In this document: positions 1 to 9,700 of the stretch, in pieces
How positions within the stretch are numbered: the stretch's first letter is position 1
Layout: every line of letters starts with the position of its first letter
From: a candidate division FCPU426 bacterium
GTDB lineage: Bacteria; Oederibacteriota; Muellerivitia; Muellerivitales; Muellerivitaceae
Assembly: GCA_963738405.1 (NCBI GenBank)
Contig: CAVTWJ010000007.1
Coordinates: 1-36,089 of the forward strand
Reading direction: 5' to 3'
DNA: 36,089 bases
The notes under the pieces: generated by a model
Told to the model about the DNA's origin: nothing
What the model saw: only the letters and a program-made list of their open reading frames with translations
Databases searched by the model: none
Position numbers and translations under genes: made by a program

Positions 1-579
1 CAGCGCCTGTCCCAGGGGCTTGATGATCTCGATGGAATAGGCGTCCTTCACCATGCGGGAAAGCAGGGAAATATTGAACCCGCTTCCGGTCCCCACTTCC
101 AAAACCCGGTCGGAGGCCCTGGGATGGGCCAACTGGGCCATATAGGCCTGGCCCTCGTAATCGCTCAAGGCCGAACCCCAGCCTAAGGCGAAGGTGCGGG
201 GCGGAAACTCATAGGCGGATTTGGAAAAATCCTCGCCCGCCTGGTAGTCGAAGTGGAAATATTCCCGGGGCAGGTCCTGAAAGGCCTTCAGCACCCTGGG
301 GTCCGCCTCGCCGAATTTCCGGTACAGATAACGGTGGATGTCCTTCATCATGGCCGGTTTGCGTTCCTGAACCCTGTCGAATTCCTGGGCTGTGAGGTGG
401 GTGACCCGTCCGCTTTTTTTGAAGGCCTTCAGGTATTTTTTATAGGTCCAGCTTTGGCTGTCCGGGCTTGCCGCGACCGATGTCTTGTCCGTTGGGGCAT
501 CGGCTCTTGCCTTTGGCGGGGTGGGAAAAAGAAGCAGGGACAAGGCTAGAAAGAACGCTAAAAAGGAGGATTCCTTCAT
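1..579 (-). CDS. pcm: Protein-L-isoaspartate O-methyltransferase (PIMT/Pcm)-like protein with N-terminal signal peptide; partial, 3' end beyond window edge
   Basis: Not in the ORF track; translated by hand from ATG 579-577, which overlaps the upstream TGA (ATGA coupling): MKESSFLAFFLALSLLLFPTPPKARADAP...DPRVLKAFQDLPREYF...SDRVLEVGTGSGFNISLLSRMVKDAYSIEIIKPL. The VLEVGTGSG SAM motif I, PRE-F and YSIE motifs match the PIMT family. Open to base 1. Confidence 0.8.
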   Translation of the reverse strand, partial: MKESSFLAFFLALSLLLFPTPPKARADAPTDKTSVAASPDSQSWTYKKYLKAFKKSGRVTHLTAQEFDRVQERKPAMMKDIHRYLYRKFGEADPRVLKAFQDLPREYFHFDYQAGEDFSKSAYEFPPRTFALGWGSALSDYEGQAYMAQLAHPRASDRVLEVGTGSGFNISLLSRMVKDAYSIEIIKPLGQAL

Positions 580-3092
580 GAGTTGTTTCCCCCCTTCTCC
601 AGCTTCGCCAGCCCCGGGGGAAAGGCCAGTATGGCCAGCGCGTAAAGTCCCAAGCCCGCCAGTACCAGAACCTGGTAACCGGAGGAAATCGCCAGCAGAT
701 TGGCCAAGGGCGTGGCCACCACCGAAAAGGCGCCATTCAAGGCCCAGGCCCAGGGAATCAATCCGCTCTCACGGGGAAGTCGGCTAAGACCTAAGGGAAA
801 GAAAAAGCCTAAGGGCAGCGCCGCCAAGGCGGCCCAAGCCGAAAGGACGAGACATTTCACAGGAAGGGGCCAGGCCAGCAGGGCTTCCAAAACCCAGTTC
901 ACGGGGCCCAGGCTCAAGAGAAGCCAAATCCCCAGCGCGATGGCGGCCGGTTTCAAGCCTTCCATGGGTTCCTTTAAAAAGCCCCCCGAAAGCCAGCTTC
1001 CAATCCCTGAAAAAACCAGCATCGCGGCGAGCACCAAAGAAAAGGCGTAGGTGCGGTCCCCCAAAAAGTAGGCGCCCTTTTCGATCAACTCGATCTCGAT
1101 AAAAAGAAAGCCCAATCCCAAACAGGAAAAATAAAGAAGGGTTTTCCCTAGCCTTGGCAGGGGCACCGCGCCCCGGGCCCGTCCCAAAAGAGGAAGCGCC
1201 AAAACCAGCAGGGCCCAAACCAGGGATTGGGCCAGCACCGCCAGGTTGATGAGATAGCCGATTTCTTCCCGGGGAATCTGGGAAAGATTCTGCAGAATTT
1301 CCTGCAAATGGTTCAGCCTCAGCACGGAAAAAAAGAAGGGCCGGTTTCGGGTGGAGGGCGCCAGGTTGAAAAAGTGGTTTTTTAAAAAGGCCGGACCCTG
1401 GGGGGAAAGCAGTTGAAGCAGGTCGTCCCTTAACGCGTCGCTGACTTCCGTGGGCGCGGCCACTTGGTCGTCCGCCCCGGACCAAACCGTGGGGGGGAGG
1501 TCATTGAAAATTTCAGTGGTGGCGGAAGCCGCCGTCAGACCGGGGTAATAAGAAATGTCGAAGGACCGCAGGTCGCAGTATTTTTGAAGGGCGGTGAGAT
1601 TCTCCGGGCTCCAGGGGTCTTTGGTGATGAGGAGCCTGGCGTTCCAGGCGGAACGGTAAAGAACCAGATGGGATTCGGGGTCCTTCACCCCCAAGTCGGT
1701 CAGCGCTTCCCGGGCGGTTTCGGTGAGCTTCAGGGCGTAAACCGTGAATTCGCGGATGTTCACCGGCAGGGAAACAAGCCCCCCCGGGTTTAAGGCCCGC
1801 CAATCGGCCTGAAGGGCTTCCTTGGTAAAGGCGTATTTATTGGCGTCCGCCTGGCCTAAGAATTCGCTCGAAAGGTCGATGATGTCGAATCCTTTTTTGG
1901 AGCCCGCCAGGTAGGATTCGGGGTCTTCCCGCAAAAAAGTCACATGGGGGTTCTTCAGCCATTTCCCCTCGTTGTGGGCCATGGGGCCCTTGATCAGCGA
2001 AACAATATTGGGGTCGCTTTCCAGGGCCACCAATTCGGAGGCGCCGGTCGCCAGGGTTTCCCCCACCCGGAAACCGCCCCTGGTTCCGATTAAAAGCGTC
2101 CGGCACCCCGGCTTGAGCACATAGGGAAAGAGGTCGAGCGCGGCCTTGGCGTAACCGAAATCCGGTTTACCTTCTTTAGGAAAAGAAGTGATTCGGTTGC
2201 CGTCCAAATAAAGGCCGTAAGCCTTGGGCGGGCCCTCCACCTTTAATAGTACGTAGTTGTTGGAAAGGTCGATGTCGAGACGTTCGGTGAAATTATCCAA
2301 CATCAGGTAATAGCCCTGGGGCGAGTAGATGCGCTTCTTCACGTAGGCGTCCGAAACGTTCAAGGCGGGCGTGATCATCTTGTAGGCGCAGAAATGGCTT
2401 TTGTTGAATTTCAAGGCGGTGCCTTCGCCCAAGATCAAAACCAGGGCGATGGCCGCATATCCCCAGGCCTTGGCCTGGAAGCGGGCCCGGTAATGGGCCA
2501 AAAAGGCGGCCAGGGACCAGAAGGGAATGAGCGCGCAAAGCAGGTAAAAGGGGTTCATCCAGAACATGGCCGCCAGCATGGCCAGGGAACCAAAACCCGC
2601 CCCCACCAAATCCACCGCGTATACCGCCCCGATCTTCTCGTTGGTCAAGGCCAGGAAACTTAACGATATATAGAGACCCGAAAGGAAAAAGACGGGGAAA
2701 AGGGCGGCATAGTATTGGGCGATGTTTTTGAACTGGTCCTCCCAAAGGTCCATGTTTTGAAGTTCCAGGGGGTTGAAGGGGTTCACCGTCACCAGGTAAA
2801 AGCCCAGGCAGGCCAGGATGGGCAGAAGCAGGGGAATAAAAAAGAAGAAGCGGTGGGCCTGCTTGAAAAAGAAATTCTTAAAGAGGCTCAAGACCACTCC
2901 GCTGGCGGAATAGCCCGCCATGGCGATGGAAATAACCCAGTAGCCGTATTCGGCCCAGCTGGCGATTGCGAAATAGCGGGTGAGCATGATTTCAAAACCG
3001 ATGCTGGCGGCGGAAACCGCGAAGAGGGCGCCTAAGAGCTGAACGTTCGGCCGGGAAAGGTTGTAGCGGCGGTCAGAAGCTGGCGAGGGCAT
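576..3092 (-). CDS. Polytopic membrane protein with central spermidine synthase/class I SAM methyltransferase-like domain (membrane-fused SpeE-like)
   Basis: 838 aa. About 7 N-terminal TM segments (FEIMLTRYF, YAVDLVGAGFGS), a soluble domain with TLLIGTRGG / VALESDP / FDIID / FTKEAL...ALNPGG, and C-terminal TMs with LGLGFLFIEI and WAWALNGAFSV, typical of membrane spermidine-synthase-like proteins. Confidence 0.75.
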   Translation of the reverse strand: MPSPASDRRYNLSRPNVQLLGALFAVSAASIGFEIMLTRYFAIASWAEYGYWVISIAMAGYSASGVVLSLFKNFFFKQAHRFFFFIPLLLPILACLGFYLVTVNPFNPLELQNMDLWEDQFKNIAQYYAALFPVFFLSGLYISLSFLALTNEKIGAVYAVDLVGAGFGSLAMLAAMFWMNPFYLLCALIPFWSLAAFLAHYRARFQAKAWGYAAIALVLILGEGTALKFNKSHFCAYKMITPALNVSDAYVKKRIYSPQGYYLMLDNFTERLDIDLSNNYVLLKVEGPPKAYGLYLDGNRITSFPKEGKPDFGYAKAALDLFPYVLKPGCRTLLIGTRGGFRVGETLATGASELVALESDPNIVSLIKGPMAHNEGKWLKNPHVTFLREDPESYLAGSKKGFDIIDLSSEFLGQADANKYAFTKEALQADWRALNPGGLVSLPVNIREFTVYALKLTETAREALTDLGVKDPESHLVLYRSAWNARLLITKDPWSPENLTALQKYCDLRSFDISYYPGLTAASATTEIFNDLPPTVWSGADDQVAAPTEVSDALRDDLLQLLSPQGPAFLKNHFFNLAPSTRNRPFFFSVLRLNHLQEILQNLSQIPREEIGYLINLAVLAQSLVWALLVLALPLLGRARGAVPLPRLGKTLLYFSCLGLGFLFIEIELIEKGAYFLGDRTYAFSLVLAAMLVFSGIGSWLSGGFLKEPMEGLKPAAIALGIWLLLSLGPVNWVLEALLAWPLPVKCLVLSAWAALAALPLGFFFPLGLSRLPRESGLIPWAWALNGAFSVVATPLANLLAISSGYQVLVLAGLGLYALAILAFPPGLAKLEKGGNNS

Positions 3093-3104
3093 AGGTCATC
3101 CTTT

Positions 3105-5333
3105 TTATCTAAATACCGGGGTTTGACCGGGCGCGGCTTTTTTTCGCGCCGGGTGCGGCAGGTCCGGCGGATAAATCGCGGACCGCCCCAGGAAATCGCG
3201 GACCAGGCCATTAAAACGCGGGGCGTCATCCACAAACAAGGCGTGTCCGGTGTTTTCGAAAATTTCCACCCTCGCCAGCGGGTCCACCTGGGTCAGGTAG
3301 GCGGATTGGGAAAGATATTTGGGGGTGACCGCGTAAAGCAGGGGGACCGTACAAATCGTTTTAAGGTTGGGCTGCCAGTTGTCGCCGGGGAAGGCGTTAT
3401 TCAACAAGGCCATGGCGATCTCGGGCGGAACCCGGGCGGCGGCGTCTCCCAGGTCACGGTAGTAATCCTGCGGGGGCGGGGTCTTAAAGAGGCCCCAAAC
3501 GAAACCCCGGGCGGCCTTGGCGTGGTCGGCCTTGAATTCTTCCAAAAACCGCGCCTGGGCGGGGGAACTGGCGGGGGCAGAAGCGGCGGCCAGCGCCGAA
3601 TCCACCAAGATGACGGCATAGAGCCGGTCCGTGCCGTATTGGCCCATGTAGGCTAAAACCTGAAAGCCCCCATGCGACCAGCCCGCCAATACGACGGATG
3701 TGAGATGAAGGTGGTCCATCAGTTCCTTGATGTCCTGGGCCTGCCTTATGGGTTCATCGCCAACAGAGGTGACGTCCGACCCGCCCTGGGATCGGGGGTC
3801 CAGGGCTACCACGTGGTAATCCTGGGCTAGGTCTTCCAATTGGGGCTGCCAGATCTCGCCGGGCAAAAGCCAGCCGGGAATCAAAAGCAATGTCAGGCCC
3901 TGTCCCGCCTCCAGATAGTGAAGCTTGACGTGGTCGCTGGTGTAGAAATAACCGTCCTGAACCTGGTTTTCAGAAGTGACCGTCAGGGGATGAAATCCCG
4001 GCGCCTTGGCCGGGATGGCCGTAGGCGGCCCAGTTGGAGTTGAAATTTGGGAAGGGGATTGGGAACCGAAAGATTTCAACGCCGACCATAAATTCTGCAA
4101 TCGGCTTGGTGCCGGTGTCCCTTTCGGGACCGGGGTCCCCGTCGGGACAATTATTTCTGTCGAAATCTTGGTCGCGGTTGGGACTTGAGTTACCTCCGGA
4201 ACAGGAGTCTCGAATGAGACTGGAGTCCCGACTAGGACGGGAGTTGAAGTCGAAGTGGCGGCAGACATTGGGGTAGGCGTCCTTGGGGGCAGGGGTGTTG
4301 AAGTAGAGGTAGGGACCGGAGTCCCCGTTGGGACTGGAGTCCCGATTGAGACCGAAGTCTGCGGAGCCGTTCCTAGGGCTGAGGGGAAGGCCGCCATGTG
4401 GGGCCCGGGCTGGACCGCTTTTCTGCGCCGGGGTTCGGGCAGGCCGGGGGGATAAAGCGAAATCTGTTTCATAAAATCCCGCATCAAGGTGTTGAAGTGT
4501 TTCGATTCGTCCACGAAGAGGCCATGGCCCGACTGGGTGAAGGTTTCCACCCGCGCTTGGGGGTCCACCTGTAATAGGTAAGCCGCTTGAGAAGAAAATT
4601 TGGGGGTGACCGCGTAAAGCAGGGGAACCTGGTTGAGAAGCTTCAATCCGGGCTGCCAGGCATCCCCCGGCTGGGTATTGTCCAGGGCCGCCAGGGCGAT
4701 GTCGGTGGGGATCCGGTCCGCCGATGAAGCCAGGCTATTCACAAATAACGTCGAGGGGGGGCTTTTGAAGAGGCCCCACACATAACTTTTATCGGCATTG
4801 GCCCGGTCGGTTTGAAAGCTGCCTAAAAAAGAACTGCGATTGGTCGGCTTGGGACCTGAGGGAACCGCGAGAGGGGAATCCACTAAGACGAGGGCGTCGA
4901 GCCGGTCGTCCCCGAATTGACGAAGATAAGCGAGACAGTCGAAAGCGCCCAGCGACCACCCGGCCAGCACCACCGAGTCGATATGAAGGTAGTCGAGCAG
5001 TTCGCGGATATCCAGCGAGCGCCGAATAGGGTCGTTGCCTAGCGCAGTCATGTCCGAAAGCCCCTGCGACCGGGGGTCCAGCGCGACCACGTGGTAATCT
5101 TTTGAAAGGTCTCGTAATTGCAGTTCCCAGATCTCCGCAGGCATCAGCCAGCCGGGAATAAAAAGAATCGTCTGGCCCGTGCCGGCTTCCAGGTAGCGCA
5201 GTTTCACATGGTCGCTGGTGGTGAAAAAGGCCTGGGTGACCGGGGTTTGCCCCAAGATGGGAAAGGATGAAAGAAAAAGGAACAGAAAAACAATTTGAGT
5301 GATAGTGAGAAGCCGTGCATTGGACCTGATCAA
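3105..5333 (-). CDS. Secreted tandem double alpha/beta-hydrolase with Pro/Thr-rich linker
   Basis: 742 aa, TTG start with GAGGG upstream, signal-like N-terminus. Two homologous domains (TSDHVKLxYLEAGxG..IPGW..DPRSQGxS..LAGWSLG / LAGWSHG nucleophile elbows..GHGLF / GHALF) separated by GTPVPT-type repeats. Confidence 0.85.
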   Translation of the reverse strand: MIRSNARLLTITQIVFLFLFLSSFPILGQTPVTQAFFTTSDHVKLRYLEAGTGQTILFIPGWLMPAEIWELQLRDLSKDYHVVALDPRSQGLSDMTALGNDPIRRSLDIRELLDYLHIDSVVLAGWSLGAFDCLAYLRQFGDDRLDALVLVDSPLAVPSGPKPTNRSSFLGSFQTDRANADKSYVWGLFKSPPSTLFVNSLASSADRIPTDIALAALDNTQPGDAWQPGLKLLNQVPLLYAVTPKFSSQAAYLLQVDPQARVETFTQSGHGLFVDESKHFNTLMRDFMKQISLYPPGLPEPRRRKAVQPGPHMAAFPSALGTAPQTSVSIGTPVPTGTPVPTSTSTPLPPRTPTPMSAATSTSTPVLVGTPVSFETPVPEVTQVPTATKISTEIIVPTGTPVPKGTPAPSRLQNLWSALKSFGSQSPSQISTPTGPPTAIPAKAPGFHPLTVTSENQVQDGYFYTSDHVKLHYLEAGQGLTLLLIPGWLLPGEIWQPQLEDLAQDYHVVALDPRSQGGSDVTSVGDEPIRQAQDIKELMDHLHLTSVVLAGWSHGGFQVLAYMGQYGTDRLYAVILVDSALAAASAPASSPAQARFLEEFKADHAKAARGFVWGLFKTPPPQDYYRDLGDAAARVPPEIAMALLNNAFPGDNWQPNLKTICTVPLLYAVTPKYLSQSAYLTQVDPLARVEIFENTGHALFVDDAPRFNGLVRDFLGRSAIYPPDLPHPARKKAAPGQTPVFR

Positions 5334-5517
5334 TCGTGTCCCTCATCGGCGTGGAATGGGAAATGGAATCAATCGCGAAAAGGAGTTTATCATTTTCATA
5401 AAGGAATCAAATCAATAACCTTTTTGATTGGAACGAAAGAAAGGTTAAACGAACCTCCTTGCCGAAAAAAATTTACAGGGATTTATTTCGGCTCGACCGC
5501 TGGGAAAGGAAATGAAC

Positions 5518-6666
5518 TCAGTTCGTCCCGGAATTTTGCGGGAAATAGAAGTTCAAGATTTTTTCGTAACTCCAACCTAACTGGGCAAGTCTTAAGGCCC
5601 CCGATTGGCACAGGCCAACGCCGTGGCCCAGTCCCCGGCCGGTGAATTGGTAGGTATCGTCCTTTTGATGAATCTCGAAAAGATCGCTGGGAAAGACGCG
5701 CCAACCGAATTTTTTTCCGAACTCCGATTCGAACCGGACCGCATTTTCGTGGATCGCCAGGGTTTCCCCGGCCGCCAATTGAAAGGTGGCGAGCAGGGTT
5801 TTGTTCCGGCCGAATTTGGTTTTCTCCTCGATTTCCAGGGTTTTCAACACGGCATCGGGCGGTAGTTGGGCCATCGCCCGGAGAATTCCTTCCGCGTTTT
5901 GAACCGCCGTCGTGGAGGTCCAATGGGAGAAGGGGTCCGCCCGGCAGAGGATTTCCCCATTCCATTCATCCGAACCGGTCCGGTTAGGCGAGGGCGTTCC
6001 GCCCCAAATCTGGTCGGCTGATTCCAGCAGGCCCCCGCAACAGCGGTGAAAATAGATGGAACGGGCGTCGAAAGAAGACGGGAAATAAAATCCCGCGCCC
6101 GCCTCCGCTATCTTTTCCCAGAAGCCGAAACGCGGGGGCAGACCCTGATAGACCTGGCAATGGGAAAGGTCGCAAAGGTCGTAGGTTCGGTGTCTTCCCC
6201 GGTGGGCGCGAGCAAAGGTTCGAACAACGACCGCGAGGGCCTTTAAATATTCGGGTTGGGAATCATCGTAATCGGACTCGTAAGCGGTGACGCAAGCCGT
6301 GTAATCCGAGAGGGAAACGAGATTTAAGATGACCATTTCCGCGTCTTGGGGCCCTCCTTGGGACGAAAGGACGATTTGGCCTGGATAAATTCTCGTTAAA
6401 TTTGCGGCTTTTAATTTCACCTTGGATTGGGGCGACCCATAGGACATCCTCGTGAGGGGAATGCCGTTGACCGTCCAAATACCCCGTGTTAGCTTGACTT
6501 GGTTCCAGGGGCCTTGATCCGCGGGGGACTGTATCTCGAAGGCTTGAAGGTTTTGTTTCTCAAGAATTCGGACACAGAGGATCGGGTTATTTTCCTCTCC
6601 GCCCATGGTCGGTGGCGGCAGGAAAAACAGTACGGTTAAGCTGAATAAAAATATATTTTGAATCAT
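5518..6666 (-). CDS. SpoIID/LytB domain protein (lytic transglycosylase-like; YfaQ-like)
   Basis: 382 aa with signal peptide; motifs E..PEYLKALAVVVRTFA, DLCDLSHCQVYQG, YFHRCCGG, GRGLGHGVGLCQ and ILNFYFP are diagnostic of SpoIID/LytB. Confidence 0.85.
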   Translation of the reverse strand: MIQNIFLFSLTVLFFLPPPTMGGEENNPILCVRILEKQNLQAFEIQSPADQGPWNQVKLTRGIWTVNGIPLTRMSYGSPQSKVKLKAANLTRIYPGQIVLSSQGGPQDAEMVILNLVSLSDYTACVTAYESDYDDSQPEYLKALAVVVRTFARAHRGRHRTYDLCDLSHCQVYQGLPPRFGFWEKIAEAGAGFYFPSSFDARSIYFHRCCGGLLESADQIWGGTPSPNRTGSDEWNGEILCRADPFSHWTSTTAVQNAEGILRAMAQLPPDAVLKTLEIEEKTKFGRNKTLLATFQLAAGETLAIHENAVRFESEFGKKFGWRVFPSDLFEIHQKDDTYQFTGRGLGHGVGLCQSGALRLAQLGWSYEKILNFYFPQNSGTN

Positions 6667-6711
6667 TCACCCCATTATAAGTGCTGAGCTCTTCGTTCAA
6701 GGAGGGGCTTT

Positions 6712-9700
6712 ATGTCGTCGAAGAAAGTATGGAACGCCTGGGCTGTTATCTCCGTTGTTTTAATCCTCATGTCGGCCCTTCCCAATTGGATGAACCATCC
6801 CCAAGTGGTCAGCCTGATTCAACACCAAAACCTTTGGCTCTTTCTTTCCCTGTTCATCGGGGTGGGCCTGCTTCGCAGGATTTTCTTAAAACTCCCCTTC
6901 CGTCTCGCTGAAGGGTTTTTTACCGCCGTTCTCATTTCCTTTCTCACGCCGAAATGTTTCGACCGGGTGCCCTCCAGCCTTTCCCACCTAAAGATCGTCT
7001 GGTTCACTGCCCTGGCCCTATCGCTTTACGCTTTGATCCTTTTGGGCTGGGAAACCGCGCAGGACGCCCTTAAAAAAATACCGGCCCTCAAAAAAGTGAA
7101 CATCGGAATCCTCCTGATGCTTTTCACGGGGGCGTCCCTGGCGGTTTGCCTCATGGGGCTCCCGCCAACCTATTTTCCCTTGGTTCTCTTTTTGGGCTTT
7201 ACCCCCCTGGTCCGCTATTACTTTATGAACCGAGACCCGGAAATCACCAAAGCCTTCGCCTTGTTTTTCCTGACCGATTGGCTCTACCGCAGTTTTCCTG
7301 AAGTTTCCGGCTATACGGATTGGGCCTGGCTTCACAACTTCCAGGGATTATGGAATACCGCTTTTCTGTTGCACCACTTCCTCCTTTCGGCCCTGGTTTT
7401 CCTGTTTTGGGAAAAACTGAAGGAACCCAAAGCCCAACGGGGAAGGATTTACTTATCCCTGTTCGCCATCCTCCCCATGCTCCCTTTTCATTATTTTGGT
7501 TTTGGCAATTGGGCCTGGCCGGTTCAAATCCTGGTTTTGGGCCTGCTGTGGGGTTGGAACCCCTGGCTCAAACCCCATGCCAAGGAAGTTTTCCTTTCCC
7601 TTTGGTCGCTGGCGGCCTTGTTGATGATCCAGGCCAATACGGGTTCGTGGCTGATCCCGATGGGCCTCCTGGTTCTAACCTTCGCGACAGCTCAGGTCCG
7701 GACCCAATACTTCAAACTGCCCCAGGCTCTCCTGCGGGCCTTGGCCTTTTACGGGGTGGGAGGCTGGGCCACCACCCTATATTCTTCCGGCGATAACCCA
7801 TGGATCCTCGCGGGGCATTTGATTCTTTCAGGATTGTTCCTCGTTTTTTGGGAAAGGATGAGGGAAGAAAAGCACCGCAACCTGCGGGCTTGGATATGGA
7901 TCTACGCCCTGCTTCCCATTCCCTTCATGCTGTTTAAAAAAAACCTGATTTGGGCCCTCCAGGTTTTGGTCCTCTATCTGACGCGGTTTTACCAATCCCT
8001 CGGCGCGGCCGGTAAACTGGGCAAGGACGGCCTTCCGGAGGTGGACTGGGAAACGAAATGGAACGCCATCCAAAAAAGTCCGCTTTACCAGAAGACTGCC
8101 CGCTTCCTCAAGCAAAAGGGGAAACAGGGCGGTGAAGGAATCGTCGAAATTTCCAAGAACCCCGCGGCCCGCAAAGGCGCCCTCGGGTTGTTGGCTTTGG
8201 CGGCCGCCTGGGCCATCTTCACCCTCGTCTATGACTTCTCCACGACCCACATCATCAGTTTCACCCCCCAGGGCATCATCACCACGCCCAATACGGTGAT
8301 CCGGGCCAAGTTTTCGGATGACGTTCAGGCCGTCGGCTCCCTGGATTCGGCCTTTGAGATCGTTCCGACCCTCCCCGGCACCACCCGACTGGAGGATTCC
8401 AACACCCTGGTCTTTACCCCCTCCGCGCCGTTGAAACCCGCCTCCGCCTACCAGGTGAAATTGGATGTTTCCGGAAAACTGAAATCCAACAAATGGTTCG
8501 TCCAGGGAAGCTCCAAAACCGCCTTTGCCACCGAGCCCCTGAAAGTGGTTTCCAGCCGCCTTTTCTATACCTATGACCTGATCAAGGAAACCGAAAAGGA
8601 ACTGGTGGGGGAGATCGAGTTCAACTATCCGGTTGAGATGAACGTCCTCAAGCAGAACCTTTCCGTGGCCAGGGCCGGAAGCCCCCTGAATTATGAATTG
8701 GAACAGGGAACCCTTCCCACCCGCTTTTTCTTCAAGGCGGGCGGCCTGGAAAGGGAGACCGAGCCCCAGGTTTTGACCTTGACGGTCGACCCGGCCCTCA
8801 CCTGCGTGGACGGCGGCAAGCCTCTCGGCGATAAATACCAAAACACCGTCACCCTTCCAGCCAAGCCCAAGATGCTGGTCAATGAGATCAAGCTCCACCA
8901 CGTGCCGGGCAATACACTGATCTCCATCCTCTTTTCCCTGCCGGCTTCCGCCGACCAGGTCCGAAACAACGTGACCATCGAGCCGGCCCTTGCCTTCAAG
9001 GTGGACACCGAATACTGCTACGCGGTCCTGAAGGCCGATTTCCAGCCCAACATCGACTACAAGATCCACGTCAAGGAAGGCTTGCGGGCGGAATCGGGGG
9101 AGGCGCTGGAACATCCCAGCGAGCAGATCATCCGCCTGGAGGACATCCAGCCCTCGGTGCGTTTCGGCGACTCCGGCCGGTTGATCCCCCTGGAAGGCGG
9201 GAAAATCGTCGCGGTCAAAACCATGAACCTGGACAATTACTGGGTCTACGTGAATAAGATCTTCCGCAATAACATCGTCCAATACCTCAAGAACAATTAC
9301 GATGCCGGGCTGGGCGCCAATGTGTGGAACGGGAAGGTGGACGTCAAGGGCGGCCAAATCAACCAGGAAACCGAAACGGACCTGGATTTCAGCAAGTGGC
9401 ATGCCCAGGCCTATAAGGGCATTTTCAACGTCACCCTCAACGGCTCCAACGGCGGCGGCCGGGATTCCCGGGTTTTCCTCTGCACCGACTTGGGGCTGAT
9501 GCTCAAGCACTCGGGCGACGACCTGCTGGTGCAGGTGCTTTCCATCTCCAAATTAACCCCGGGCGCCGGGGTCAAGCTGCAGTTGATATCCGAAAACAAC
9601 CAGGTCATCCAGGAAAAGGAAACGGACCTGGAGGGCCGGGCCTGGTTCACGGATTGGAAAAACAACCCCTATAACTTCCGTCCCTTCGTGATCGTGGCCG

